From NCBI RefSeq assembly GCF_006345805.1, contig NC_042997.1, positions 89,280,001 to 89,344,000 of the forward strand: 64,000 nucleotides of DNA. The letters are read 5' to 3'. Shown piece by piece: positions 51,401 through 63,268 of this stretch. The notes under the pieces are model-generated. The model made no database searches. It was not told where the DNA came from and saw only the letters and a program-made list of their open reading frames with translations. Numbering within the stretch: the first letter of the stretch is position 1; each line of letters opens with the position of its first letter. Source of the DNA: Octopus sinensis (taxonomy: Eukaryota). The position numbers were made by a program, and so were the translations under genes.

Positions 51401-54400
51401 AACAGTCTATTTCTCACTCATTTAAAAACAAATAGATATTTGGCGTTAGGAAGGGCATCCAGCTGTAGAAACATTGCCAGATTAGACTGGAGCCTGGTGC
51501 AGCCTTCTGGCTTCCCAGAACCCCGGTCGAACCGTCCAACCCATACTAGCATGGAGAACGGACGTTAAACGACGATGATGATGATGATAAGATATGAAAT
51601 AGTTGTTAAATACATAAATTAATAGTAATTATAATTATTTACTTTAATTAGGTAAACAATCAGATGCACATGTAAGTTTTGTTAACCACTTGTTTTCTAT
51701 TAAGTATGAGAAATCAATCTTCAGCCCTTAACATAATAAATTTGTTTCTGTTCTTACAGGAAGCACTGCTGAGTTGCAGACAATGATAAATAAATTTGAA
51801 GACAACTTGCAAGAAAAAGAAGACTCTCTTTCAGAGGTAATCATTGCTATTGCTTCTCAGCTAGTATTCATTATTTCTGTGGCAGGATTTAAACTTGGAA
51901 CCAAGAAGGGTGGTGCATCACACTATAGAATCCTTTCTTCTATAGGCACAAGGTTGAAATTTTGTGGGATGTGGCTGGTTGATTGCATCAACCCCAGTGC
52001 TCAACTGGTACTTACTTTATTACCCTCAAAAGGATGAAAGGCAAAATCAACATCGGTGGAATTTGAATTCAGAATGTAAAGATGGCTGAAATACTGCTAA
52101 GCATTTTGTTTGGTATACTAACAATTCTGCCAGCTCACCATCTTATTATATAACATAGACTATACAATTTGGTCAGAAAGCAGGTGTTTTTGGTTACATT
52201 AAGATTGTTAAGAAATTGTTTGTCAAACAAACATTCTCTCTGCATATGTTTACTGATATATATAACTAATTCATTTTCTGCATAGTGTATAAGTATCTAA
52301 TTATTCTTTTATTGATTGGACTGCAATCATACTCATTCAAGTGTTTAGTCACTCATATTGACCCCAAAGTTACAATACATAAAGGGACACATAATCAACA
52401 CTGGTTTTTAGATGTGTAGACATAAAAACACATACACATCATGTAAAGACAAAGAGAAACAAGCATACACACACATCTTTCATCTTCCGTCTGCCAAATC
52501 CATTCACAAGACTATGGTAGAAGACACTTGCCCAAGGTGTCATGCAGTGGGACTAAACCAAAAATCACAGAGTTGGGAAACAAACTATAATCACAATCAC
52601 ACACATACACACACAATGAGTTTTGCTGTTTGTGACTACCAAATTCCACTTGCATTGTGTTGATCAACCTGAGGTTAGAGTAGAAGACATTTTCCCAAAT
52701 TGCCACCTCTTAAGTATTACATAGAGGACACTGAATATTTATTCATATAGTCTGATGGAAGTGTATATAATGACTTTACTAAAGCTAATGAGTCCCAAAT
52801 AAGTTGAAATAGTGATATTTTGAAAGCATTGACAATCAAGTAATTGTGTCCCAGACAACCAGGTGAGAAACAAGTGCTTCATATCTTCTCAGTGGCAATT
52901 ATGTACTGCTGAGATTCTTAAATCCATCTCATTCTAAAAAGGTTTCATAGAGTAGCAACTCTCTAGTGATGATGAAAGATTTGTTGGTTTACAGTTTAAC
53001 CCATTGTTTAACCCTTTGACATTTACATTATTCTGTCAAAATGCTTGTTTATTAACATTGTAAGGTTGGTGTGAAAGGCCAGATCTGGTCAGTTTGAACA
53101 TAAAACAGGTAGAATATTTTGACTGGATGTGACCTATTTAAATGCTAAAGGGTTTATGTCTATATTGCATACTGGCATTAGTTGGCCAGTTTGACAGGGT
53201 CTGATGGGCCCAAAGACTGCATCATGCTTCAATGTCTGCTTTGGTATGATTTCTACAGCTGGATGCACTTCCTAACACCCTCTACTTTACCGCATGTACC
53301 AGGTGCTTTTTTTTGTGCCACCAGCACTAGTGAGGTTGCAAAACTATGAACCCCAGACTGGGAATGGAGTGTGCAACTTTATGCCAGGAGATAAAGAGTA
53401 GAGAAGGGTCCCTTCTTTTATGTTATGAATTCAAATCTTGCCCTGGCTACGTTTGTCTTTCATCCCTCCTGGGCCAAATAAATTAGTTCCAAGCATGGAC
53501 TTTAGTCCTTTCCCACTTTTACAAATTTCTAATCTTGTGTCAGTATATGAAATCATAATAGTGGTGAGCACTACAGAGGAAAGGTAAGCACCATGTGAAT
53601 TGTGTTGAGTCCTTACACTTTTTTCACTTTGTTAATGCTATTAGGAATAATAATTAAGTTTTAAAAAATGTTTATATTTTTCAGTTTAATAAGAAACTCG
53701 ACAAACTTGCAAATGAGAATGAAGGTTATGAACAAGAAAAATCCATTTTGTTGGTAGAGATTGGCAAACTGGACCAAGAAGCTACAGTAAGTTTCAAGGC
53801 AGACATTATCAGTATTCTTCTTCATGCAATGTCCCACCCAAGTTCTTATAGTGCTTGCATTAGCTGCTCATGTCTTATGAGTCATTAAAATAGGTAGCTT
53901 CTTTCGTCTGTGGTGAGTGATTTGATGGGAATTTGGCTGTTATAAATAGCAAGTTGAATGACCATGTAGCAGCTTCCTTTTGGTTTGTATGTGCTTTATA
54001 TGTAGCTATTGTTCAACCCCCAGCCAGTCTTGATAGAACAGATATGGTCAAAGGTGTTCTACTTGTGACAATTTTTTTTCAGATATGATATAAAGGGTAA
54101 AGATCCCTTTCAGTCATAAATGAGCAGGGGGTTGCACATAGAAAGTTCCCCTCCAAGGCACAAGTCTAGGCAAGGTTGTTTATGGAAAACAAGCAGTTAC
54201 CCATGCATACCAGCGTCCCCTCTCCACGCCACCAATGTTATGCAAAGGAAAGGCAAAAGCCAATACAGCTTGGCACCAGTGACATTGCAACTCATTTCTA
54301 AAGCTGAATGAACTGGAGCAACATAAAATAAAGTGTCTTGCTCAAGAACACAACACTCAGCCCAGTCTGGGAATCAAACTCACTACCTCATGGTTGTGAG

Positions 54401-57400
54401 CCCAAAGCTCTAACCACTGAAGTAAACAGTCATGTCATAAAAATCTTGTAGCTTTGAGGTAATGTGCGATAAAGCCATTTCTGCCTAAATACAATTATAT
54501 ATACTGTGAATTTTTCAACTGCTTACAGATTTTTTTCAATGTTTAAAATGGAAATTGACTTTTGTAATAAATGTATGGCTTCAGCAAGTAGCAATTCCAA
54601 TTTGAAGGATTTGCACTCGAAGAATTACAAAATATAGAAGGTGAAAATGAAAATAAGTTACTTGTCTTTGGATGAATCAGGTATAGATGTTTCTGAAGTT
54701 CTGACAAGGAAGAGTATTTTGATAACAAACACGATGGAGATCTTTGAGACACTAATATGGTCAGACAATACAATATTAATACATTCCCAATTCTATTGAA
54801 AATTCATAATTGTAAATCATCAGTATTTAAACACCTACTGACAAAATATCAAGTCTGCATGTAAAAAATTAACATTACAAATATTGTTGGTACATTATGA
54901 ATAAATAGGTATTACATTTGACAGAGTAATCAAAATACTGAAGGGATAAAGAGAGGACATATTAGATAATATAGTCCTAGATTCACTATGTCCTCTAAAA
55001 GACATAATCAAACAATATAGTATCCTGTATATCATATCATGGCTTAGTGGTTAGAGCATTGGGCTCACAATCATGAGGTAGTGAGTTTGATTCTGGGACC
55101 GGGTTGTGTGTTGTATTCTTGAGCAAGACACTTTATTTCATGTTGCTCCATTTCACTCAGTTGTAGAAATGAGTTGCAATGTCACTGGAAAGGCATTCAG
55201 CTGCAAAATGTTCTTTTAAAAGAGGAAACCATGATAAGTCAAATAAGACTGTTTTGCTTCCATAAGGCAAACTGATAATTTAATAGGAAAAATGGCCTTA
55301 AAATGTTTGTCATTATTTTTGCTTTATAGAAGGTGGTGAGCTGGCAGAATTGTTAGGACATTGGGCAAAATGCTTAGTGACATTTTGCACATCTTTATGT
55401 TCTGACTCAAATTCCACCAAGGTTGACTTTGCCTTTCATCCTTTTGGGGTTGAAAAAGTAAGTACTGGTTTAGCGCTGGGGACAAAAGTTGAAATGGTTA
55501 TTATTATAGAAGTGAAGATAGAAGTGAATCATTAGAGCATCAAAGAGCTTTGTATTATTTGTCCTGGCTCTTTACAATCTGTATTGAAATCCTGTCACAG
55601 TCAATTTTGCTTTACCTCCCACCAACTGGTCAATAAAATAACAGTCAAGTACTTTTGTTGATGATATCAACCAACCACTACCCCTTTAAGTTGCTGGCCT
55701 TGAGCCTAAATCAGAAACCATTATTATTTTTTTTATTTATTTATTTATTTTTTAAATCAATTTTGCTATTTTAGAACAATGAAGAAAATATACAAGCCCG
55801 TGCAGATTTGGTAATGCGTCTGGCTACAAAATATAATATTGATGGTGAGAACATTTTTCCTTCTATTTGCTTCACATTCATTTTTTTCATATTGGAATAC
55901 AAAAAAATTGGCTTTGTATCTTGTATCTTTTATCTTTTAGTTGTTTCAGTCATTTGACCCTAGGACTTACTTTTTGAAGCCTAGTACTTACTCTATTAGT
56001 TCCCTTTTTGCTAAACTGCTAAGTTACTAGGAGTAAACACAGACACACACAAACACGCACACACACACACACGCATGCACACACACACACACTGGGCTTC
56101 TTTCAGTTTCCATCTACCAAATCTACTCACAAGGCTTTGGTTGGTCTGAGGCTATAGTAGAAGACACTTGCCTAAGATGTGCAGTGAGACTGAACCTGGA
56201 ACCATGTTGAGAAGCAACTTCTTACCACACAGCCTATTGTGCCTATTGTTTTTTTATTAATCCTTTTCCCATGCTAATAGTAGGAGTTAGAAGTTTTTAT
56301 TGTTGTATGATGAGTTGCAAAACATGTATCTACTTAGCGGTATTACTAGTGCAGCTGTTAGACCATGTCTTTAAATATGGGACATAAATAAGCAGGAGAG
56401 GAATTTGAAGAAACAGATATGCAAAAGAGACAGAGTGATGGACAAAATATCCCTGGTTTTGATGTTTTGAGTTCTGATCCTGCCAAAATTAACTTTGTTT
56501 TTCATTCTTGTAGGGTAAAAAAACCCAACCAAAATGAAGTATCTGTAAAATTGAGATTAATATAATCATCTGTTCTATCTTCCTTAAATATATGGTCTTG
56601 TACCTTTGTTAGAAATTATTATTGCACTCAGACATTTTTATTTTGATAATTTATAAATAATTAGTACTATTGTTATTGATTTTTCCAGTTTGTCAGCACA
56701 CTTCATCATCATCATCATCACCTTCATTTAACATCCGTTCTCCATGCTAGCATGGGTTGGATGGTTTGACAGGAGTTGGCCAGCTGGAGAGTTGCCCTGG
56801 AGACATTTGTCTGTTTTGGATTATCTAAGGCTGGATACCTTTCCTAATGCCAACCACTTTACAGTGTGTGCTGGGTGCTTTTTATGTGGCACTGGCATGG
56901 GTGCTTTTACATGGCACTGGCATGGGTGTTATTATGTAGCACTGGCACAAGTGCTTTTATGTGGTACCTGTGCTGATGTGCCCGCAAGACTAGGATCTCT
57001 CAGTTGAGAGAGTGATGTTGGGGGCATGGGAGGGGAGGTAGGTGATGGCCAACAATTTTTGGAAGAGGGGGCAAGTCAATTACATTGACTGGTACTTTAT
57101 TTTATCGGTCCAAAAAGGATTAGAGGCAAAGTTGGCCTCAGCAGAATTTGAATTCAGAATGTAAGGAGCTAGAAGAAAACCTAAATATTTTGTTTGATAT
57201 GCTAACAATTATGTTAGCTCACTGTCTTCAATAATGATAATAATTCTTTCTAATATAGGTACAAAGCTTGAAATTTGAAGAGAAGAGGCTAGTTAATTAC
57301 ATTAACTCCAGTTCTCAACTAGTACTTATTTCATTGACCCTGAAAGGACAAAAGGACAAGTCAACCTCAGTGGGATTTGAACTTAGAATGTAAAGGTGGA

Positions 57401-60400
57401 AGAAATGCTGCTAAACATTTTGTCCAGCATGCTAACAATTCTGCCAGCTCATCACCTTAATAATTATATTTTTTTCACCTATAGGTACAAGGCCTGAAAT
57501 TTTGTTGGGATAGGACCAGTTGATCACATTGACTCTTGTTCTCAACTAATACTTTTTTTATTGACCCCATAATGTTGCGACTTGGATTCGACTCTTGCTA
57601 CAAGTTCACCTGGAAGAGGTTAATCCTTGTAATGGTATTCTAGGCAGGATTTTGGACGCAGAAAGTACAGAGCTGGATTAGATGCTGCAAAGCATTCTAT
57701 TTAATGTTCTCGTGATTCCATGAAAACCATTGCCATGGAATGGTACTCAGTGATCCTGAAAGGATGGAAATAAAGTTGACATCAGTAGGATTTGATGCTA
57801 GAATGCACAGAGCTGGAACAAATACCCACTAGGCATTTAATCTGATACTCTAAGAACACTGCCTATATGATTTATTATGCTTGCTTAGTGACTGGATGAA
57901 GTAGAGTTCTGAGTTTTGCTAGGGATGTATTTTGTAGTTAGAGACCTACCTGTCTTTTATTTCACTCAGCTGTTATCAAGCAGAATTAATTAATAATATC
58001 CTCCTCCTCGCTGCCGCCACTGCTGTTATGATGATAATAGTGATGATGTTGGTAATATCACAAATTTGTCTTAACATTTGTCAACTGAATTTATCTTAGT
58101 TACGCCAAGTTATGTGTTGTCTCTTGTATATAAACTGCTTGGCAGAAACTGTATCAGAGCAATTGTGTGTGAGTGTTTATATTCGATTTTGTATGACACC
58201 ACTTGCACAAAATGGTGATTTTGTCTTTATATTCCCTGTAAACAATACTTCCTGTGGCTTTGAGCTTTGAAAGAATAGTGTATCCAGCTGTAAAGTACTG
58301 CCTTAATAAATCTCCTTCCAACCCATGCCCATATAAAACAAGCGAACAAATACTGTTGTTAAATTCTTTCAGACTTTGATAAGAATACCATAGACAACAA
58401 GACCACAAAAAATTTTATAGAGATGTTGAATAACACCCATCAACAATTGATGTCTGATGTCAAAATAGAAAAGGTATGTATTCATTGTATATTTTTGTGT
58501 ATTCATGTGTGCTTTGTTCAATGATTTTGATCTCTGTCAGCTAGTCATGAGTTCTGACATATCTGACCCTAGATACTGAGCTTTGTACTCAGTGGTTTTC
58601 ATATGGTCCATTGTGATGTGCTTATTCATTGAGAGGGCATCTAGATACACTGCAGATTTTAAATAATGCTATTTAATCCTTTAAATCTGCAAATATGCTT
58701 TAGCAGGTGTGATTACATTTGACTATACTCTTAGAAGATGCAAAAGTGACTGGCAATATAGTTTTGAGCTGTAATGACAAAACCATGTGGCCACCTTTTT
58801 TTTTGCATCTTCCAAGGGTATAGTAATCCTTTCTACAAACTTGGGGGAGGGGCTAGTTGATTACATTGATCTTAGTGCTCAACTGGCACTTATTTCATCA
58901 ACCCCGAAAGGGTGAAAGGCAAATTTGAACTCAGAACGTAAAGACGGACAAAATGCTGCTAAGCATTTTGCCTAGTGTACTAACAATTCTAGCAGCTCAC
59001 TGCCTTTCCCAGGGGTGTATAATCAAATGAAATACCTGCTAAAGCATACTTGTAGGTTCAGAAGGTCAAAGTTTTAGAATTGCCATACTAATACCAGAGT
59101 GTTTCAGAAAACTTGTTATTTATAATTTTGCTCTTCACAAGTAGGATATATAATATAAGGTAAGCAGTAATTTTCATTATTTTTTCCAAATTTTTAATTT
59201 TAAGTTAATTTTATTTGATACTTTCCATATGAATTGCATCAGTAATTTTGTCATACTTGATCTCCAGTGAGCCTTTAAGTCATGTAGTTTTAAGAACTAC
59301 TGACCTATGTACTCATGGATTTGATTTAGATATTGGCCTCTGTGTGCTAATGTATCTGATCTGTACTAATCTGTTATGTGTACACTATGTCTGGGAAAAG
59401 ACAGGATGGTCATGGTCAGAAGGCCTTTGATAAGTTTAATGAGGGTGAAACTTGGTGTTAAACAATATCAACATTATCAAAATTGAGTCCCATTCTTACA
59501 ACTATTATGTTGTGCTCACAGAATTAACTTTCTTAATTGTTTTTTTTATTGACATAGGTGTGTTTATTATTTTTTTTGTTATACTTGAAAAAGATGTAAA
59601 GCAGAAGGTTAGCTCTTTGTTGAAGTTGAGTCTGTAAACATTCCATCAATGGATAGTTGAAGCTCAAAGTCAACAAGAGATTTTCATAGTGTGATTGCTT
59701 ATTTTTAGAATGATGTAGGATAGCTGTGAGAGACCAGGTCTGGCCAATTTTAACACAAAACTGGTAGAATATTTATGCTTGGATAAGACCAGTTTGAATG
59801 CTAAAGGGTTAAATTACATAAAGCTGAGATTTTGGGTGTATTTTATCTATTGACTAGTCAAGATAAATTAAAATGCTGGGGCCAAACTGATAAAAAAATT
59901 TTTTCTTTCTTTTTTTTTTTTGTCCCTTACCTCCAATTGAAACTTGTGTTAATTCTTCAAATAGAAAAGATTTGAAGAGAAGGAGCAAAGTATACAGCAA
60001 GAAATGGATGGGGTTAAAGAAAAAAAGGTTCAACTTGAACAGAGAATTAAGATGGAAGAAGAAATAACGGTGAGAAATATGTTGATTTAGTTATTGTTTT
60101 ATTGTTATTCACTTTCCTATATACCCCTTCTTGTAACTTGAGGGTGCACCCTGACTCATCTTTACCACTGTTTTCTTTCTTTTCCAACTGGGGTAACTGT
60201 CTTTCTACATCAAAACACCTGTATATATCTGTCTTCTTACTTCAAGACACCTGTATAGCCACCTAATTTGATACTACTATTCCTCCTTCAGTCGAGGAGT
60301 TCTTGTCTTGCAACTCGGTGAGTGACTTCACTAGTGCTGGTGTTACATAAAAAGCACCCTGTTCAGTGGTTGGCAAAGAAAGGGCATTCAACCTTAGAAA

Positions 60401-63268
60401 CCATGTCAAAGCAGACATTGGAGTGTTTGGTACAGTCGTCTGGCTCACCAGCTCCTGATGCATCACCTAACCCAGTGGTTCTCAACCATATTTCCCTATG
60501 GACCCCTTTGATTCCTATTTTATGCTAATGGACTTCCATAGCCATTTGATGTGTATAAAAAAAAATACATCTTCCTGTATTTTTAGAATTAAATATTAAG
60601 AATTTTATAAAAAAATTAAGAATTATGTGTAATGAATTGATTATGCTTCTACAATACACAAAATATTTTAACAAAAAAATCTTATAGCCACCACCCCCAC
60701 TCCCCAGGGCCACATGGAGCCCTCCTGAGAACCACTGGTCTAGCTCATGTCAGCATGGGAAATAGACTTTAAATGATGATGAGAGTTTATGTTTCAGTCA
60801 TTCTGCTGCAGCCTTGCTGGTAGCACTAACTTTGAGGATTTTTAAGTGATCTTATTGAACCTACTCTCTTAATCTTCTACCTACTTCATCAATCTCTGTT
60901 AATTGAACCATTCTATTTATCAAATTGGTGATGAAACCATGTTGATGAACACAAAATTGAAATATTAATACAGGGATCTTGCCATGGGGGACTTTAGCTT
61001 TCATTTTTCTGAGGTCATTAACTCTCTCAGACCTGAGCCCCTGTGTCTAACTTTACATTCCTCTGGGCTCCTGAGCAAAAAAACAAATAGTTGCATACAC
61101 AACTCAAGAGTAATGATTGAAGGCAAACTAATGGACAGAATCACAAAAAACTCAGAATAATGATAATAATAGGCTTATCTCTCAAGTATGTTATTTGTCC
61201 ACCTGAATTGCTACTTTCTTCATCACTTTCACCATTTTGATTGTCTGAATTACTCATTATCTACATAAGAATAAACTCTTCATCTGAAGAATAAATATCA
61301 TCATTGATAACTTCCTCAAATGCAAAGAGTTTAGGCCTTGCTTCTTTAGCAGACAAAGTGCTGGTAAACTGTATTTTATCGACCTCACCTCTCTGCTATT
61401 TGTTCAGATCCCACCAGGATCATCTTTGATTTTCACCTTTTTAACATTGAAAAAAAAACTACCATTCTTGCACCATATTTCTAAAAATAAGTGCAGGCAT
61501 GGCTTTGTGATAAGAAGTTTACTTCCTAGTCACATATTTCTGAGTTCAGTCCCACTGTGTCACACCATGTGCAAGTGTCTTCTATTAAAGTCCTGGGTCA
61601 ACCAAAGATTTTGGAGTGTATTTGGTAGTTGGAAAGAAGCCGGTTGTGTGTGTGATTTACAACTGGTATTGGTTTGTTTACATTCCTGTAACTTAGCGGT
61701 TCAACACAAGAAACAATAGAATAAGTACCAGACTCAAAAATATATAAAAATTGTAAGGTTTACTCATTTGACTATATTCTTCAAGGCAGTATCCCAGCAT
61801 GGTCACAGTTCAGTGACTGAAACAAGTAAAAGATAAAAAAATAAAAAAATAATAACTTTGAGTATGTAGATGAGTTCTGACAAATGTGCATGTTTTATTT
61901 CCAGAAAAAGAACATAGCAGAAATTCAAAAATGTGAGTATGCCCTGCAACAAATGGAAAGTTCTGCCAGATACCGTGATGAAATCTCTGCTGATTTGAAA
62001 TCTGCTGTAAGCTACATTACAATTTTAATTTTCTTTCTTAATTTTATTATTAATTTTGCAGCAGTAGGGCTATGTTTGTCCCCTTTTTGAGAGGTTGTTA
62101 AACTAAAGGATCAAGATCATTAGATGATATTGCATTACTAAGCCTCACTTGAGCTGATCAAATGTAACCAATGATCAGCCTAAGGGACATAATGATCTAA
62201 GATTTAAGGCTCAAATATGTTTCCCTTTTTTTGTTGTGTTTAGGGAGTCATTACATCAATAACATAGGGATTTTGACCCTGGATAGCCAAAAGGACATGA
62301 TGTTGATCAAAGATTTAAAGCTCAAATATATGTTTCCTTTTTTTTTTTGTGTCTAGGGAGTCATTATGCTAATATTAATAATGTGGGACTTTGACCCTGG
62401 CCAGCCTAAGTGACATGATGTTGATCTAAGATTTAAGGCTCAAATATGTTACCTTTTTTTTTGTTGTGTCAGCTGTCTCATCCATATGCATCACAGTCTT
62501 CTTTCTTGCATACTACATTTGATTCTTCTTATTAATTTTTCTCTCAACATATTTGTACTTTGTTATTCATCCACACTTAACGTTACACATCCAGTAGAAC
62601 ATGCTAACATAATTTCTTTCTAGTCTTTTCAAGTCCTTTACATTCAAGGCTCATGTCTTACTACTATGCAGTTTTGCAATTCTAACATAAACATCACAAT
62701 ACATGACTGGATTCTTTCAGTTTCCTTTTACCAGATCTATTTATAAGGCTTTGGTCAGCGTAGGGCCATAGTAGAAGACACTTGCCTAAGGCACCATGCA
62801 GTAAGACTGAACCCAAAACTGTATGTTTGAAAAGCAAATTTCATTATCACACAGCTGTACTTGTGCCATCCCACAAATTTCTGAGTGTCCTATACTAAAA
62901 ATTAGGTCTTAGAACAGGTACACTGTACCCTGGTTAATTGTAAGAGGTAACTAAAAGGGTTGGCATCAGAAAGGGTATCTGGCTGTAAAATACTGCTGTA
63001 GAAAGCCTCTACAATTCATGCCAGTAAAAAGATGACTAATGATTCTTCAGCTTAGAAGCAAGTATTTTTTAAGTTCACATAATATATTGTAAAATGTATT
63101 ACTTTATCTGATTAATATTTCAATAATGCATTTCTGTTCTGTTGTGTTAATAAAGCAAAAGTCATTGAAAGCTACTGAGGAATCCATCAATGTTGCTGAA
63201 CTAAAGAAAGAAATTCAGAATATGTCTCAGGAGAAGAAAACTCTGGAAGAACAATATGATGAACTTGA
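32855..63268 (+). CDS. RAD50: DNA repair protein RAD50 (MRN complex SMC-like ATPase), 5' portion: 17 coding exons, 1568 nt, continues beyond window
   Basis: The spliced exons give one open frame: [43 protein letters not shown] (Walker A), [40 protein letters not shown] (Q-loop region), then the coiled coil. All introns are GT-AG with consistent phases. It is colinear with the human RAD50 N-terminus as I recall it. Confidence 0.97.
33035..33560 (-). mobile_element. RTE LINE 3' end fragment
   Basis: Minus ORF 33272-33481 has [16 protein letters not shown], followed by the shared 3' UTR module and GAT tail. Confidence 0.7.
33746..33832 (+). CDS. RAD50: RAD50 coding exon 2
   Basis: tacag|[29 protein letters not shown]|gtaagt, 87 nt. 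Confidence 0.97.
34700..36742 (+). mobile_element. 5'-truncated RTE-clade LINE (RT with PHD-like insert, repeat-rich 3' UTR, (TGA)n tail)
   Basis: ORF 34763-35332 [41 protein letters not shown] at 35512, and a [12 protein letters not shown]-terminus. It has stops and frameshifts. Confidence 0.95.
37507..37608 (+). CDS. RAD50: RAD50 coding exon 3
   Basis: ttccag|[34 protein letters not shown]|gtgtga, 102 nt. Confidence 0.95.
38466..38567 (+). CDS. RAD50: RAD50 coding exon 4
   Basis: cacag|[34 protein letters not shown]|gtacaa, 102 nt, weak donor. Confidence 0.92.
39997..40070 (+). CDS. RAD50: RAD50 coding exon 5
   Basis: ctttag|[24 protein letters not shown](W)|gtacgt, 74 nt, phase 2. Confidence 0.96.
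41398..41503 (+). CDS. RAD50: RAD50 coding exon 6
   Basis: tttatag|(W)[35 protein letters not shown]|gtaaga, 106 nt. Confidence 0.96.
41721..42137. mobile_element. Palindromic pair of B-box-headed, hammerhead-bearing Penelope-associated repeats
   Basis: ~200-bp arms are reverse complements around a ~29-nt spacer (41922-41950). Each arm has a B-box and a CTGATGA-stem-GAAA core. Confidence 0.8.
42052..42094 (+). ncRNA. Minimal type I hammerhead ribozyme motif (degenerate; mirror copy 41771-41814 on minus strand)
   Basis: GACAC-CTGATGA-A-GGCTG(gagggtatat)CAGCC-GAAAC-GTGTT. The core and stem II are clear. The stem III/cleavage region has an apparent 3-nt deletion compared with the mirror copy. 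Confidence 0.6.
42200..42665 (+). mobile_element. RTE-derived 3' UTR/SINE module with ~66-bp tandem units
   Basis: 4-5 units with core gtggcacataaaaagcacc, then ggaagggcatccagctgtagaaac..catggaaa..gatgatgat. The tail module recurs at more than 10 sites (e.g. 16215, 45880, 46490, 51430, 53160, 56700, 60290, 63830). Confidence 0.85.
43930..44470 (-). mobile_element. Penelope-like element RT/linker remnant
   Basis: Minus ORF: [67 protein letters not shown]. This is the typical PLE FLD..Y.KP thumb and linker region. Confidence 0.8.
45266..45334 (+). CDS. RAD50: RAD50 coding exon 7
   Basis: ctcag|[23 protein letters not shown]|gtaagt, 69 nt. Confidence 0.92.
46838..46927 (+). CDS. RAD50: RAD50 coding exon 8
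   Basis: tttttag|[30 protein letters not shown]|gtaagt, 90 nt. Confidence 0.9.
47173..47393. mobile_element. piggyBac-like MITE family (TTAA; TIR CCCTTTAGCATT)
   Basis: Perfect 12-bp TIRs flanked by TTAG/TTAA. Relatives at about 33890-33990, 50225-50444 (inverted), 53032-53152, 54870-54950 and 59680-59808. Confidence 0.85.
48786..48846 (+). CDS. RAD50: RAD50 coding exon 9
   Basis: ttcag|[20 protein letters not shown](g)|gtaggt, 61 nt, phase 1. Confidence 0.88.
49683..49760 (+). CDS. RAD50: RAD50 coding exon 10
   Basis: ttttag|(E)[25 protein letters not shown](g)|gtaagt, 78 nt. Confidence 0.88.
51760..51836 (+). CDS. RAD50: RAD50 coding exon 11
   Basis: ttacag|(G)[25 protein letters not shown]|gtaatc, 77 nt. 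Confidence 0.9.
53685..53786 (+). CDS. RAD50: RAD50 coding exon 12
   Basis: tttcag|[34 protein letters not shown]|gtaagt, 102 nt. Confidence 0.92.
54110..54420 (-). mobile_element. tRNA-derived SINE, family C (gtgttgtgttcttgagcaagacactt core)
   Basis: tRNA-like head (tcagtggttagagctttgggctcacaaccatgaggtagtgagtttgattccc); related copies at about 55040-55190(+) and 38680-38845(-). Confidence 0.7.
55775..55844 (+). CDS. RAD50: RAD50 coding exon 13
   Basis: ttttag|[23 protein letters not shown](g)|gtgaga, 70 nt. Confidence 0.9.
58373..58473 (+). CDS. RAD50: RAD50 coding exon 14
   Basis: ctttcag|(D)[33 protein letters not shown]|gtatgt, 101 nt; restores phase after exon 13. Confidence 0.87.
59965..60069 (+). 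CDS. RAD50: RAD50 coding exon 15
   Basis: aatag|[35 protein letters not shown]|gtgaga, 105 nt. Confidence 0.9.
60473..60737. mobile_element. hAT (Charlie-like) MITE nested in an RTE-tail SINE
   Basis: Perfect 12-bp TIRs CAGTGGTTCTCA/TGAGAACCACTG and a degenerate 8-bp TSD (ACCTAACC/GTCTAGCT). The host repeat resumes on both sides. Confidence 0.85.
61905..62006 (+). CDS. RAD50: RAD50 coding exon 16
   Basis: tttccag|[34 protein letters not shown]|gtaagc, 102 nt. Confidence 0.9.
62176..62470. repeat. ~110-118-bp minisatellite x2.6 in RAD50 intron 16
   Basis: Units start at 62176, 62284 and 62402 and share gatctaagatttaaggctcaaatatgtt..agggagtcatta. Confidence 0.9.
63156..63268 (+). CDS. RAD50: RAD50 coding exon 17
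   Basis: taaag|[37 protein letters not shown](ga)|gtatgt, 113 nt; AAG acceptor. Confidence 0.85.

Noticed and set aside
61150-61400. piggyBac transposase N-terminal acidic region on the minus strand
   Set aside because: Only a short, broken D/E/S-rich stretch with no catalytic motifs visible
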